IMG/VR virus record: IMGVR_UViG_2563366972_000002
Coordinates: 1 to 32,195 of that record
Reading direction: 5' to 3' (one strand)
Length of the DNA: 32,195 bases
Source of the DNA: a virus
Lineage: Duplodnaviria; Heunggongvirae; Uroviricota; Caudoviricetes
The notes beneath the pieces are model-generated. The model did not search any database and had not been told where the DNA came from. It worked only from the letters and a program-made list of their open reading frames with translations. A program made the translations under genes and the position numbers. Within the stretch, counting starts at the first letter, position 1. Each line of letters begins with the position of its first letter. This document shows, in pieces, positions 18,291 through 26,659 of this stretch.

Positions 18291-19199
18291 ATGCCGATTA
18301 TCGACCTGAACCAGCTACCCGCACCGGATGTGGTTGAGGAGCTGGACTTTGAAACCATTCTTGCCGAACGCAAGGCGACACTGATTTCCCTTTACCCGGA
18401 AGACCAGCAGGAGGCGGTCGCCAGTACCCTGACGCTGGAATCCGAGCCTCTCGTCAAACTGCTGGAGGAAAATGCTTATCGCGAGCTTATCTGGCGTCAG
18501 CGTGTGAATGAGGCCGCACGGGCGGTAATGCTGGCCTGTGCCGCCGGTAATGACCTTGATGTGATTGGTGCCAATTACAACACCACGCGCCTGATTATCA
18601 CCCCGGCAGATGATTCGACCATTCCGCCGACACCGGCAGTGATGGAGTCTGACACTGATTATCGTCTGCGTATTCAGCAGGCGTTTGAGGGCTTAAGCGT
18701 CGCCGGGTCGGTGGGAGCCTATCAGTATCATGGTCGCAGTGCTGACGGGCGTGTCGCGGATATCTCTGTCACCAGTCCGTCTCCGGCCTGTGTCACCATC
18801 TCTGTGCTGTCCCGCGAAAATAACGGTGTCGCATCCGAAGACCTGCTGGCTGTGGTACGTAACGCCCTTAATGGCGAGGACGTCAGGCCGGTGGCCGACC
18901 GCGTGACCGTGCAGTCTGCCGCCATTGTTGAATACCAGATAAACGCCACGCTTTACCTTTACCCTGGTCCCGAAAGCGAACCCATCCGCGCTGCCGCCGT
19001 GAAAAAGCTGGAAGCGTACATCACAGCACAGCACCGGCTGGGGCGCGACATCCGTCTGTCTGCCATTTATGCCGCCTTGCATGTGGAAGGCGTGCAGCGT
19101 GTCGAACTGGCTGCACCGCTGGCCGATATCGTGCTTAACAGCACGCAGGCGTCTTTCTGTACCGAATACCGCGTCGTGACCGGAGGCTCGGATGAGTGA
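18291..19199 (+). CDS. J: Baseplate protein J
   Basis: 302 aa at the P2 J position. Confidence 0.85.
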   Translation: MPIIDLNQLPAPDVVEELDFETILAERKATLISLYPEDQQEAVASTLTLESEPLVKLLEENAYRELIWRQRVNEAARAVMLACAAGNDLDVIGANYNTTRLIITPADDSTIPPTPAVMESDTDYRLRIQQAFEGLSVAGSVGAYQYHGRSADGRVADISVTSPSPACVTISVLSRENNGVASEDLLAVVRNALNGEDVRPVADRVTVQSAAIVEYQINATLYLYPGPESEPIRAAAVKKLEAYITAQHRLGRDIRLSAIYAALHVEGVQRVELAAPLADIVLNSTQASFCTEYRVVTGGSDE

Positions 19200-19722
19200 T
19201 TCGCGACTGCTGCCGACCGGCTCATCACCGCTTGAAGTTGCCGCCGCAAAAGCCTGTGCGGAAATTGAAAAAACGCCGGTCAGGATTCGTGAACTGTGGA
19301 ACCCGGACACCTGCCCGGCAAATCTGCTGCCGTGGCTGGCGTGGGCGTTTTCGGTCGACAGATGGGATGAAAAGTGGCCGGAAGCGACAAAACGCGCCGT
19401 TATCCGCGATGCCTATTTCATCCACTGTCATAAAGGCACTATCGGCGCAATCCGGCGTGTGGTGGAGCCGCTCGGCTATCTCATCAACGTGACGGAGTGG
19501 TGGGAAAACAGTGACCCGCCAGGCACCTTCAGGCTTGATATTGGTGTACTGGAAAGCGGTATCACAGAGGCAATGTATCAGGAAATGGAACGGCTGATTG
19601 CCGATGCCAAACCTGCAAGCCGTCACCTTATTGGTCTGAACATTACCCGGGACATTCCCGGCTACCTGTTCGCCGGTGGTGTGGCTTACGACGGCGATGT
19701 AATTACGGTTTACCCCGGATAA
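19192..19722 (+). CDS. I: Baseplate protein I
   Basis: 176 aa, overlapping the J 3' end. Confidence 0.85.
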   Translation: MSDSRLLPTGSSPLEVAAAKACAEIEKTPVRIRELWNPDTCPANLLPWLAWAFSVDRWDEKWPEATKRAVIRDAYFIHCHKGTIGAIRRVVEPLGYLINVTEWWENSDPPGTFRLDIGVLESGITEAMYQEMERLIADAKPASRHLIGLNITRDIPGYLFAGGVAYDGDVITVYPG

Positions 19723-19732
19723 GTGAGGAATA

Positions 19733-22051
19733 ATGAGCACAAAATTCAGAACCGTTATCACCACTGCCGGTGCAGCAAAGCTGGCAGCGGCAACCGCGCC
19801 GGGAGGGCGGAAGGTCAACATTACCACGATGGCCGTCGGGGATGGCGGTGGTAAATTGCCTGTCCCGGATGCCGGACAGACCGGGCTTATCCACGAAGTC
19901 TGGCGACATACGCTGAACAAAATCAGCCAGGACAAACGAAACAGTAATTATATTATCGCAGAGCTGGTTATTCCGCCGGAGGTGGGCGGTTTCTGGATGC
20001 GTGAGCTTGGCCTGTACGATGATGCGGGAACGTTAATTGCCGTGGCGAACATGGCCGAAAGTTATAAGCCAGCTCTTGCCGAAGGCTCAGGGCGTTCGCA
20101 GACCTGTCGCATGGTCATCATCGTCAGCAGTGTGGCCTCGGTGGAGCTGACCATTGACACCACAACGGTGATGGCGACACAGGATTACGTTGATGACAAA
20201 ATTGCAGAGCACGAACAGTCACGACGTCACCCGGACGCCTCGCTGACCGCAAAAGGTTTTACTCAGTTAAGCAGTGCGACCAACAGCACGTCTGAAACAC
20301 TGGCCGCAACGCCGAAAGCGGTAAAGGCCGCCTATGACCTTGCTAACGGGAAATATACCGCACAGGACGCTACCACAGCGCGAAAAGGTCTTGTCCAGCT
20401 CAGTAGTGCCACCAACAGCACGTCTGAAACGCTCGCCGCAACACCAAAAGCGGTAAAGGCCGCGTATGACCTTGCTAACGGGAAATACACTGCACAGGAC
20501 GCCACCACAGCGCGAAAAGGTCTTGTCTAGCTCAGTAGCGTCACCAACAGCGATTCTGAAACGCTTGCGGCAACGCCAAAGGCGGTAAAGACAGCGTATG
20601 ACCTTGCTAACGGGAAATACACTGCACAGGATGCCACTACAGCGCGAAAAGGTCTTGTCCAGCTCAGTAGCGCCACCAACAGTGATTCTGAAACGCTGGC
20701 CGCAACATCAAAAGCGGTGAAGTCTGCCTATGACAATGCTGAAAAACGTCTTCAGAAAGATCAGAACGGTGCGGATATTCCGGGAAAGGATACCTTCACG
20801 AAAAATATCGGTGCCTGTCGTGCTTATAGCGGCGCTTTGAGCACTGAAGCCGGAAACTGGACAACCGCTCAGTTTATTGAATGGCTGGATTCCCGTGGTG
20901 CATTTAATCATCCGTACTGGATGTGCAAAGGCTCCTGGTCATATGCAAATAACAAAATCATTACGGATACCGGATGTGGTGATATCCACCTGGCTGGTTG
21001 TGTCGTCGAGGTCATGGGAATTAAATCTGCAATCACTATCCGAGTGACCACGCCGACAACATCAAGTGGTGGCGGTACAACCAGCGCGCAATTCACTTAC
21101 ATTAATCATGGGGACGGCTACTCCCCCGGCTGGCGTCGTGACTGGAATCGTCAGGGCGACGCAATGACCGGAACGATTAATCAGGACGGCGGAAGCCAGA
21201 ATGCCTATATGTCTACGGCCTTATGTTCAGGCACCAGAGGCGGCAAAAAATATCTCAGAAAGTTTCGTGGTGGAGAAGGAGACACTATCTGGCATGAAAC
21301 AGTACAGGGCGGGGTAGTTCGCTGGGCGACTGGTAATACTGATGCTCAGGAAGAATTATCACTCAGCTCCGCTTATGGTCTCCGTTCAAGAGGTGAAATT
21401 ACATCACTCAGTGCTAATGGTCTGCGCATTGCTTATGGCAATTATGGATTCTTTATCAGGAATGATGGCGGCAGCACATATTTAATGCTGACGGCCTCTG
21501 GCGATAAATTTGGGACATGGAACGGTTTAAGACCGCTGACTATCAATAACGCCAATGGCGGAGTGTCAATGGGGCATGGCCTGAGTGTTACAGGTGATAT
21601 TGTCTCAAGTACCAAAGTACGTGCCGGTAGCGGGAAAAAGTTCACGGTCAGCAGCAGCAATACATCCACGAAGGAAGCCGCATTCAATTTGTGGGGAAAC
21701 TCAAGTCGTCCTGTGGTGGCTGAATTAGGTGATGATGCAGGCTGGCATTTTTACAGTCAGAGAAATACAGATAACAGCATCACTTTTGCTGTTAACGGGC
21801 AGGTATCACCATCTAACTATGGCAACTTTGATTCACGCTATGTCCGGGATATCCGGCTTGGTGGTGCTGCCACATACAAACCTGCGAACAATGGCATGAC
21901 ATGGACACATCAGGCACCGTCCGGGTGTGTATATTCCGGGATTATTGTTCAGGATACCGGCTCAAACTCTGCCGATAACATTGGTGGCGTATATTACAGG
22001 CCAGTACAGAAATATATTAACGGGACATGGTATAACGTGGCGCAGGTATAA
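19733..22051 (+). pseudogene. H: Tail fibre protein H, one continuous frame interrupted by a single in-frame TAG at 20528..20530 (either a nonsense-disrupted gene or a sequencing/assembly artefact in a repeat)
   Basis: The ORF track entries 19733..20530 and 20717..22051 are in the same frame; translating 20531..20716 by hand gives no further stops. The TAG sits where the other three repeat copies have CAG. The 20717 start in the ORF track is an internal GTG. Confidence 0.65.
20264..20734 (+). repeat. In-frame tandem repeat inside H, about 3.6 copies of a 132-bp (44-aa) unit
   Basis: Copies begin at 20264, 20396, 20528 and 20660, each encoding QLSSATNS(T/D)SETLAATPKAVKAAYDLANGKYTAQDATTARKGLV with a few substitutions; the fourth copy diverges after about 20731. 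Confidence 0.85.
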
Positions 22052-22054
22052 TTT

Positions 22055-22582
22055 ATGCAGCATTTGATAAATATAATGGCAGGTAATCCAAAAACGGTTG
22101 AACAATATCAATTGACAAAAGACTTTGATGTTGTCTGGTTTTTTTCAGAAGATGGTAAGAACTGGTACGAAGAACAAAAGTATTTTGCTGATGACACGCT
22201 AAAAATAGCGTACGACAAAGATAATATCATCCGCTATGTGGAAAAGGATGTGACAGCTATCAGACCGGATGGATTAAGTGTTGTTGAAGTGGCGGATATT
22301 ACTGCTAACCGACGGGCGGACATTTCAGGGAACTGGATGTTTAAGGACGGTACAGTGATTAAACGCATTTATACGGCAGAGGAATTGCAGCAGCAGGCAG
22401 AAAATCGGAAAGCCAGACTTCTTGCAGATGCTGAATCCGTGATTTTGCCGCTGGAGCGCGCGGTCAGACTGAACATGGCAACAGATGAGGAGCGCAGCCG
22501 ACTGGAAGCATGGGAACGCTACAGCGTTCTGGTCAGTCGTGTGGATCCTGCAAATCCTGAATGGCCGGAAATGCCGCAATAA
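22055..22582 (+). CDS. G: Tail fibre assembly chaperone
   Basis: 175 aa immediately downstream of H. Confidence 0.8.
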   Translation: MQHLINIMAGNPKTVEQYQLTKDFDVVWFFSEDGKNWYEEQKYFADDTLKIAYDKDNIIRYVEKDVTAIRPDGLSVVEVADITANRRADISGNWMFKDGTVIKRIYTAEELQQQAENRKARLLADAESVILPLERAVRLNMATDEERSRLEAWERYSVLVSRVDPANPEWPEMPQ

Positions 22583-22887
22583 GTTGTATGAACTCTGGTG
22601 TGAGCTTACATACCTATAGAACAGAGTAAAGCCTAATCTGACAGTCCGCTCTGTGCCAGAAGCGGACATATCTTCAGATATCCTTATGGTGAAAAAACAC
22701 AGCCATTAATTATTGTTTAATATTAATAATCAAAGTATGTTATAGTTTCATTTGCAAGGAAAATCTCATCAGAAAAATGCTTTATCACAGTGCCAAAAGT
22801 GGATAATCTATCACCCATTCATCTAGAGTTCGTTAGGTTTCTTTATCATTCGATTCAATCTTCTTATACAAGGAGTAGTTAGTCTCT

Positions 22888-24162
22888 ATGAGTGTCATAA
22901 AAGATTTTTTAGAACAATATAGCAAGCAGTATGATTACTATTCTGAGTTGGCAAAAATAGGCTCAAGCTTGCTCGAGCAGGAATTGGAAAAGAGAGGGAT
23001 TAAAGCCATAGTTTCATTCAGAGCTAAGCGACCAGACCGCTTAGAACAAAAACTTAATCAAAGAAATGAAAAGTCAGCATATGCAGATGTTGCTAATATA
23101 TATGAAGATATTGTCGACCTGGCCGGTGTTCGAGTAGCTTTATATTTTCCAAAAGATAGAGAAGTAGTTGATGAAACTATTAATTTTTTATTTAATGTCC
23201 GGAAAAAGAAAAACTTTCCAGAAGCATCTTATAAACCTAAATTTGAAAAAAGGTTTTCTGGTTACTGGGCATCTCATTATCGTGTCAATTTGAAAAACTC
23301 TAACCAAAATAATAAGCGTTACGAAAGTGCATTATTTGAGATTCAAGTAGCATCGGTTCTTATGCATGCCTGGTCCGAAGTCGAACATGACCTTGTTTAC
23401 AAACCTCTAGCAGGCGATTTATCTGAAGAGGAACTTGCAATTCTAGATGAGATTAATGGATTAGTGCTTACTGGCGAAATAGCTCTTGAAAGACTTCAAA
23501 AAGCCATAACAAAAAGAACTAAAGAAAAAGATAATATTTCAAATAGATATGAGTTAACGAGTTTTATAACCAACTCACTAAATAAGAATTATATAAGCAA
23601 ACTTAAATTAGGTGATACTAAAATTTTATTTAATTATCTCAAGGGTAATTCTAGCATAAGCGTCAGTGAACTTTCTGAATATTTGCGTAAAATTAATCAA
23701 AGTGAAAAAGAAACAATCACAGATCAATTGCTTCTTATGTTTATTAATGATTCATACAAGAGCGTTGGAGGTAATTTAAAACTTTCAAATTATTTCAAAC
23801 GTGCTCTTGGGGAACATAAGGATGTATCAGGGTTTGAGTCATTTGTTAAAACATGGATTTTACTAGAAAAAGCAGTCTCTTTAATTCATAATCAAAACAA
23901 TCGCCAGCACAAAAAATTCTTCACCGCAAAATTTGAGCCATTGGTTTCTGACGGAGTGCTGACGCGAGAAGAGTCATTTGAACTAAACTATTTTAAAAGA
24001 ATCAGAAATAACTTACTTCATGGTATAGAAACACCTAACGATGAAGAGCTAAACGAAATGTTCGTTAGATTGTTAGCATTAACTGAGAAGGTTATCTCAT
24101 CTATTAAAAATGATGATGATAAAGCTAAATTGCTCAAAGAATTAAAGACGTTGAGTGATTAA
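22888..24162 (+). CDS. RelA/SpoT-family nucleotidyltransferase (toxSAS-like) with Cys-free C-terminal domain; CapRel-like fused toxin-sensor candidate at the Z/fun locus
   Basis: 424 aa. N-terminal half carries the RelA/SpoT synthetase-fold motifs in order: SFRAKRPDRLEQKL, DIVDLAGVRVALYF, GYWASHYRV, EIQVASVLMHAWSEVEHDLVYK. C-terminal about 230 aa is K/N-rich, has no cysteine, and includes RIRNNLLHG. AAGGAG RBS. About 28-30 percent GC by eye, against about 50 percent in the flanking phage genes. Confidence 0.65.
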   Translation: MSVIKDFLEQYSKQYDYYSELAKIGSSLLEQELEKRGIKAIVSFRAKRPDRLEQKLNQRNEKSAYADVANIYEDIVDLAGVRVALYFPKDREVVDETINFLFNVRKKKNFPEASYKPKFEKRFSGYWASHYRVNLKNSNQNNKRYESALFEIQVASVLMHAWSEVEHDLVYKPLAGDLSEEELAILDEINGLVLTGEIALERLQKAITKRTKEKDNISNRYELTSFITNSLNKNYISKLKLGDTKILFNYLKGNSSISVSELSEYLRKINQSEKETITDQLLLMFINDSYKSVGGNLKLSNYFKRALGEHKDVSGFESFVKTWILLEKAVSLIHNQNNRQHKKFFTAKFEPLVSDGVLTREESFELNYFKRIRNNLLHGIETPNDEELNEMFVRLLALTEKVISSIKNDDDKAKLLKELKTLSD

Positions 24163-24330
24163 AATATGAGATAAAAATCATTGTCATAGACTAATTATTG
24201 TTTTGTATTCAGAGCCTGAATCTAAGCAGAATGATATGTCCGCTCCTCGCTCAAAGCAGACTGTCAGATTTGATAGCTTTTGGGCTAAGTAAATTGTCAG
24301 TCGGAAAATGAGTGAGTACAAATCAGGACT

Positions 24331-24356
24331 GGCGGGCGAATTGCCCGCCTTTTCTT
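24331..24356 (+). terminator. Rho-independent terminator downstream of the toxSAS-like gene
   Basis: GGCGGGC(24331..24337)-GAAT-GCCCGCC(24342..24348) followed by TTTTCTTT. Confidence 0.7.
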
Positions 24357-24453
24357 TATCTGTTGTTTCATCCACTGACCAGCCAGGTCAAATAGCGTCT
24401 CATGCTCTGCACAACAGAAAATAGTTGCACCCATTAACCACGGAGTTAAACGG

Positions 24454-25644
24454 ATGAGTGACTATCATCACGGCGTGCAGGTGCTGGAGATTAACGACGG
24501 CACCCGCGTCATTTCCACCGTATCCACGGCCATTGTCGGCATGGTCTGTACGGCCAGCGATGCGGATGCGGAAACCTTCCCCCTCAATAAACCGGTGCTG
24601 ATTACCAATGTGCAGAGCGCAATTGCAAAGGCCGGTAAAAAAGGCACGCTGGCGGCGTCGTTACAGGCCATCGCTGACCAGTCAAAACCGGTCACCGTTG
24701 TTGTGCGCGTGGAAGACGGCACCGGCGACGACGAGGAAACGAAACTCGCGCAGACCGTTTCCAATATTATCGGCACCACCGACGAAAACGGCCAGTACAC
24801 CGGACTGAAAGCCCTGCTGGCGGCAGAGTCGGTTACCGGCGTTAAACCGCGTATTCTCGGTGTGCCGGGGCTGGATACCAAAGAGGTGGCTGTTGCACTG
24901 GCATCAGTCTGTCAGAAGTTGCGCGCTTTCGGGTATATCAGTGCATGGGGCTGTAAAACCATTTCCGAGGTGAAAGCTTACCGCCAGAATTTCAGCCAGC
25001 GTGAGCTGATGGTCATCTGGCCGGATTTCCTCGCATGGGATACGGTCACCAGTACCACCGCCACCGCGTATGCCACCGCCCGTGCGCTGGGTCTGCGCGC
25101 TAAAATCGACCAGGAGCAGGGCTGGCATAAAACGTTGTCCAATGTCGGGGTGAACGGTGTTACCGGCATCAGCGCCTCTGTATTCTGGGATTTGCAGGAG
25201 TCCGGCACCGATGCTGACCTGCTTAATGAGTCTGGCGTCACAACGCTGATTCGCCGCGACGGTTTCCGCTTCTGGGGTAACCGTACCTGCTCTGATGACC
25301 CGCTGTTCCTCTTTGAAAACTACACCCGCACCGCGCAGGTGCTGGCCGACACGATGGCTGAGGCGCACATGTGGGCGGTGGACAAGCCCATCACCGCAAC
25401 GCTGATTCGCGACATCGTTGACGGCATCAATGCCAAATTCCGTGAGCTGAAAACAAACGGCTATATCGTGGATGCGACCTGCTGGTTCAGCGAAGAATCC
25501 AACGATGCGGAAACCCTCAAGGCCGGAAAACTGTATATCGACTACGACTATACACCGGTGCCTCCTCTTGAAAACCTGACCCTGCGCCAGCGTATTACCG
25601 ATAAATACCTGGCAAATCTGGTCACTTCGGTTAACAGCAATTAA
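24454..25644 (+). CDS. FI: Tail sheath protein
   Basis: 396 aa, the P2 FI size; GGAG RBS. Confidence 0.9.
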   Translation: MSDYHHGVQVLEINDGTRVISTVSTAIVGMVCTASDADAETFPLNKPVLITNVQSAIAKAGKKGTLAASLQAIADQSKPVTVVVRVEDGTGDDEETKLAQTVSNIIGTTDENGQYTGLKALLAAESVTGVKPRILGVPGLDTKEVAVALASVCQKLRAFGYISAWGCKTISEVKAYRQNFSQRELMVIWPDFLAWDTVTSTTATAYATARALGLRAKIDQEQGWHKTLSNVGVNGVTGISASVFWDLQESGTDADLLNESGVTTLIRRDGFRFWGNRTCSDDPLFLFENYTRTAQVLADTMAEAHMWAVDKPITATLIRDIVDGINAKFRELKTNGYIVDATCWFSEESNDAETLKAGKLYIDYDYTPVPPLENLTLRQRITDKYLANLVTSVNSN

Positions 25645-25656
25645 GGAGCCTGACCG

Positions 25657-26175
25657 ATGGCAATGCCGCGCAAACTCAAGTTAATGAACGTCTTTCTGAA
25701 CGGCTACAGCTATCAGGGCGTCGCGAAGTCCGTCACGCTACCAAAACTGACCCGTAAGCTCGAAAACTATCGCGGTGCGGGAATGAACGGCAGCGCACCG
25801 GTAGACCTCGGCCTTGATGACGATGCGCTGTCAATGGAGTGGTCGCTCGGTGGCTTCCCGGATTCGGTTATCTGGGAGCTTTACGCCGCAACCGGTGTGG
25901 ATGCCGTGCCGATTCGTTTTGCCGGTTCTTACCAGCGCGACGATACCGGCGAAACGGTGGCCGTCGAAGTGGTCATGCGTGGACGTCAGAAAGAAATCGA
26001 CACCGGCGAGGGGAAACAGGGAGAAGATACCGAGTCGAAAATCTCTGTGGTCTGCACCTATTTCCGGCTGACGATGGACGGTAAGGAACTGGTCGAAATC
26101 GACACCATCAACATGATTGAGAAGGTGAACGGCGTCGACCGGCTGGAGCAACACCGCCGCAATATCGGCCTGTGA
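25657..26175 (+). CDS. FII: Tail tube protein
   Basis: 172 aa, the P2 FII size; AAGGAG RBS. Confidence 0.9.
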   Translation: MAMPRKLKLMNVFLNGYSYQGVAKSVTLPKLTRKLENYRGAGMNGSAPVDLGLDDDALSMEWSLGGFPDSVIWELYAATGVDAVPIRFAGSYQRDDTGETVAVEVVMRGRQKEIDTGEGKQGEDTESKISVVCTYFRLTMDGKELVEIDTINMIEKVNGVDRLEQHRRNIGL

Positions 26176-26231
26176 TTTTCATCCGGTCAGCCAGGCTGAC
26201 CGGTTAACCCCGATTCAGAAGTGAGAAAACC

Positions 26232-26507
26232 ATGAACAAAGAAAATGTGATTACCCTGGACAATCCGGTCAAGCGTGGAGAGCAGGTCATCGAACAGGTC
26301 ACGCTGATGAAACCCAGTGCCGGGACGCTGCGCGGTGTCAGTCTGGCTGCGGTCGCGAACTCCGAAGTCGATGCACTGATTAAGGTGCTGCCGCGCATGA
26401 CGGCACCGATGCTGACCGAGCAGGAAGTCGCCGCACTGGAACTGCCTGACCTTGTGGCGCTGGCCGGTAAGGTGGTCGGTTTTTTGTCGCCGAACTCGGT
26501 GCAGTGA
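26232..26507 (+). CDS. E: Tail assembly chaperone E
   Basis: 91 aa ending just after a T TTT TTG slippery heptamer. Confidence 0.8.
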   Translation: MNKENVITLDNPVKRGEQVIEQVTLMKPSAGTLRGVSLAAVANSEVDALIKVLPRMTAPMLTEQEVAALELPDLVALAGKVVGFLSPNSVQ

Positions 26508-26659
26508 CGTTTCCGAAAAATCTGTCGGTCGATGACCTGATGGCGGATGTGGCAGTGATATTTCACTGGCCGCCATCAGAACTGTATCCCATGAGCCTGA
26601 CCGAACTCATCACATGGCGCGAAAAGGCGCTCCGGCGAAGCGGAAACACGAATGAGTAA
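26232..26659 (+). CDS. E': E+E' tail assembly chaperone made by programmed -1 frameshift at 26480..26486
   Basis: Slippery heptamer T TTT TTG in X XXY YYZ register relative to the E frame. The -1 frame stays open from 26486 (VAELGAVTFPKNL...RRSGNTNE) to the TAA at 26657..26659, overlapping the T start. Confidence 0.7.

Noticed and set aside
20264-20734. Possible CRISPR array because of regularly spaced repeats
   Set aside because: The repeats are 132 bp, directly abutting with no spacers, and in-frame coding within H.
20717-22051. Separate 444-aa gene suggested by the ORF track
   Set aside because: It is in the same frame as H and continuous with it apart from the single TAG at 20528; the proposed start is an internal GTG within the repeat region.
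22643-22668. Hairpin GTCCGCT...AGCGGAC downstream of G as an intrinsic terminator
   Set aside because: Not followed by a T-run; may be a structural element but not a convincing rho-independent terminator.
24184-24375. 63-aa minus-strand ORF between the toxSAS-like gene and FI
   Set aside because: Overlaps the plus-strand terminator hairpin, has no RBS, and sits in the wrong orientation for the operon; likely spurious. A small antitoxin here cannot be fully excluded, but nothing supports it.
24349-24453. Ogr-dependent late promoter with TGT-N12-ACA dyad upstream of FI, and likewise in the P/O divergent region 10867..11039
   Set aside because: Late promoters are expected here, but I could not find an exact TGT-N12-ACA element by eye, so no coordinates are asserted.
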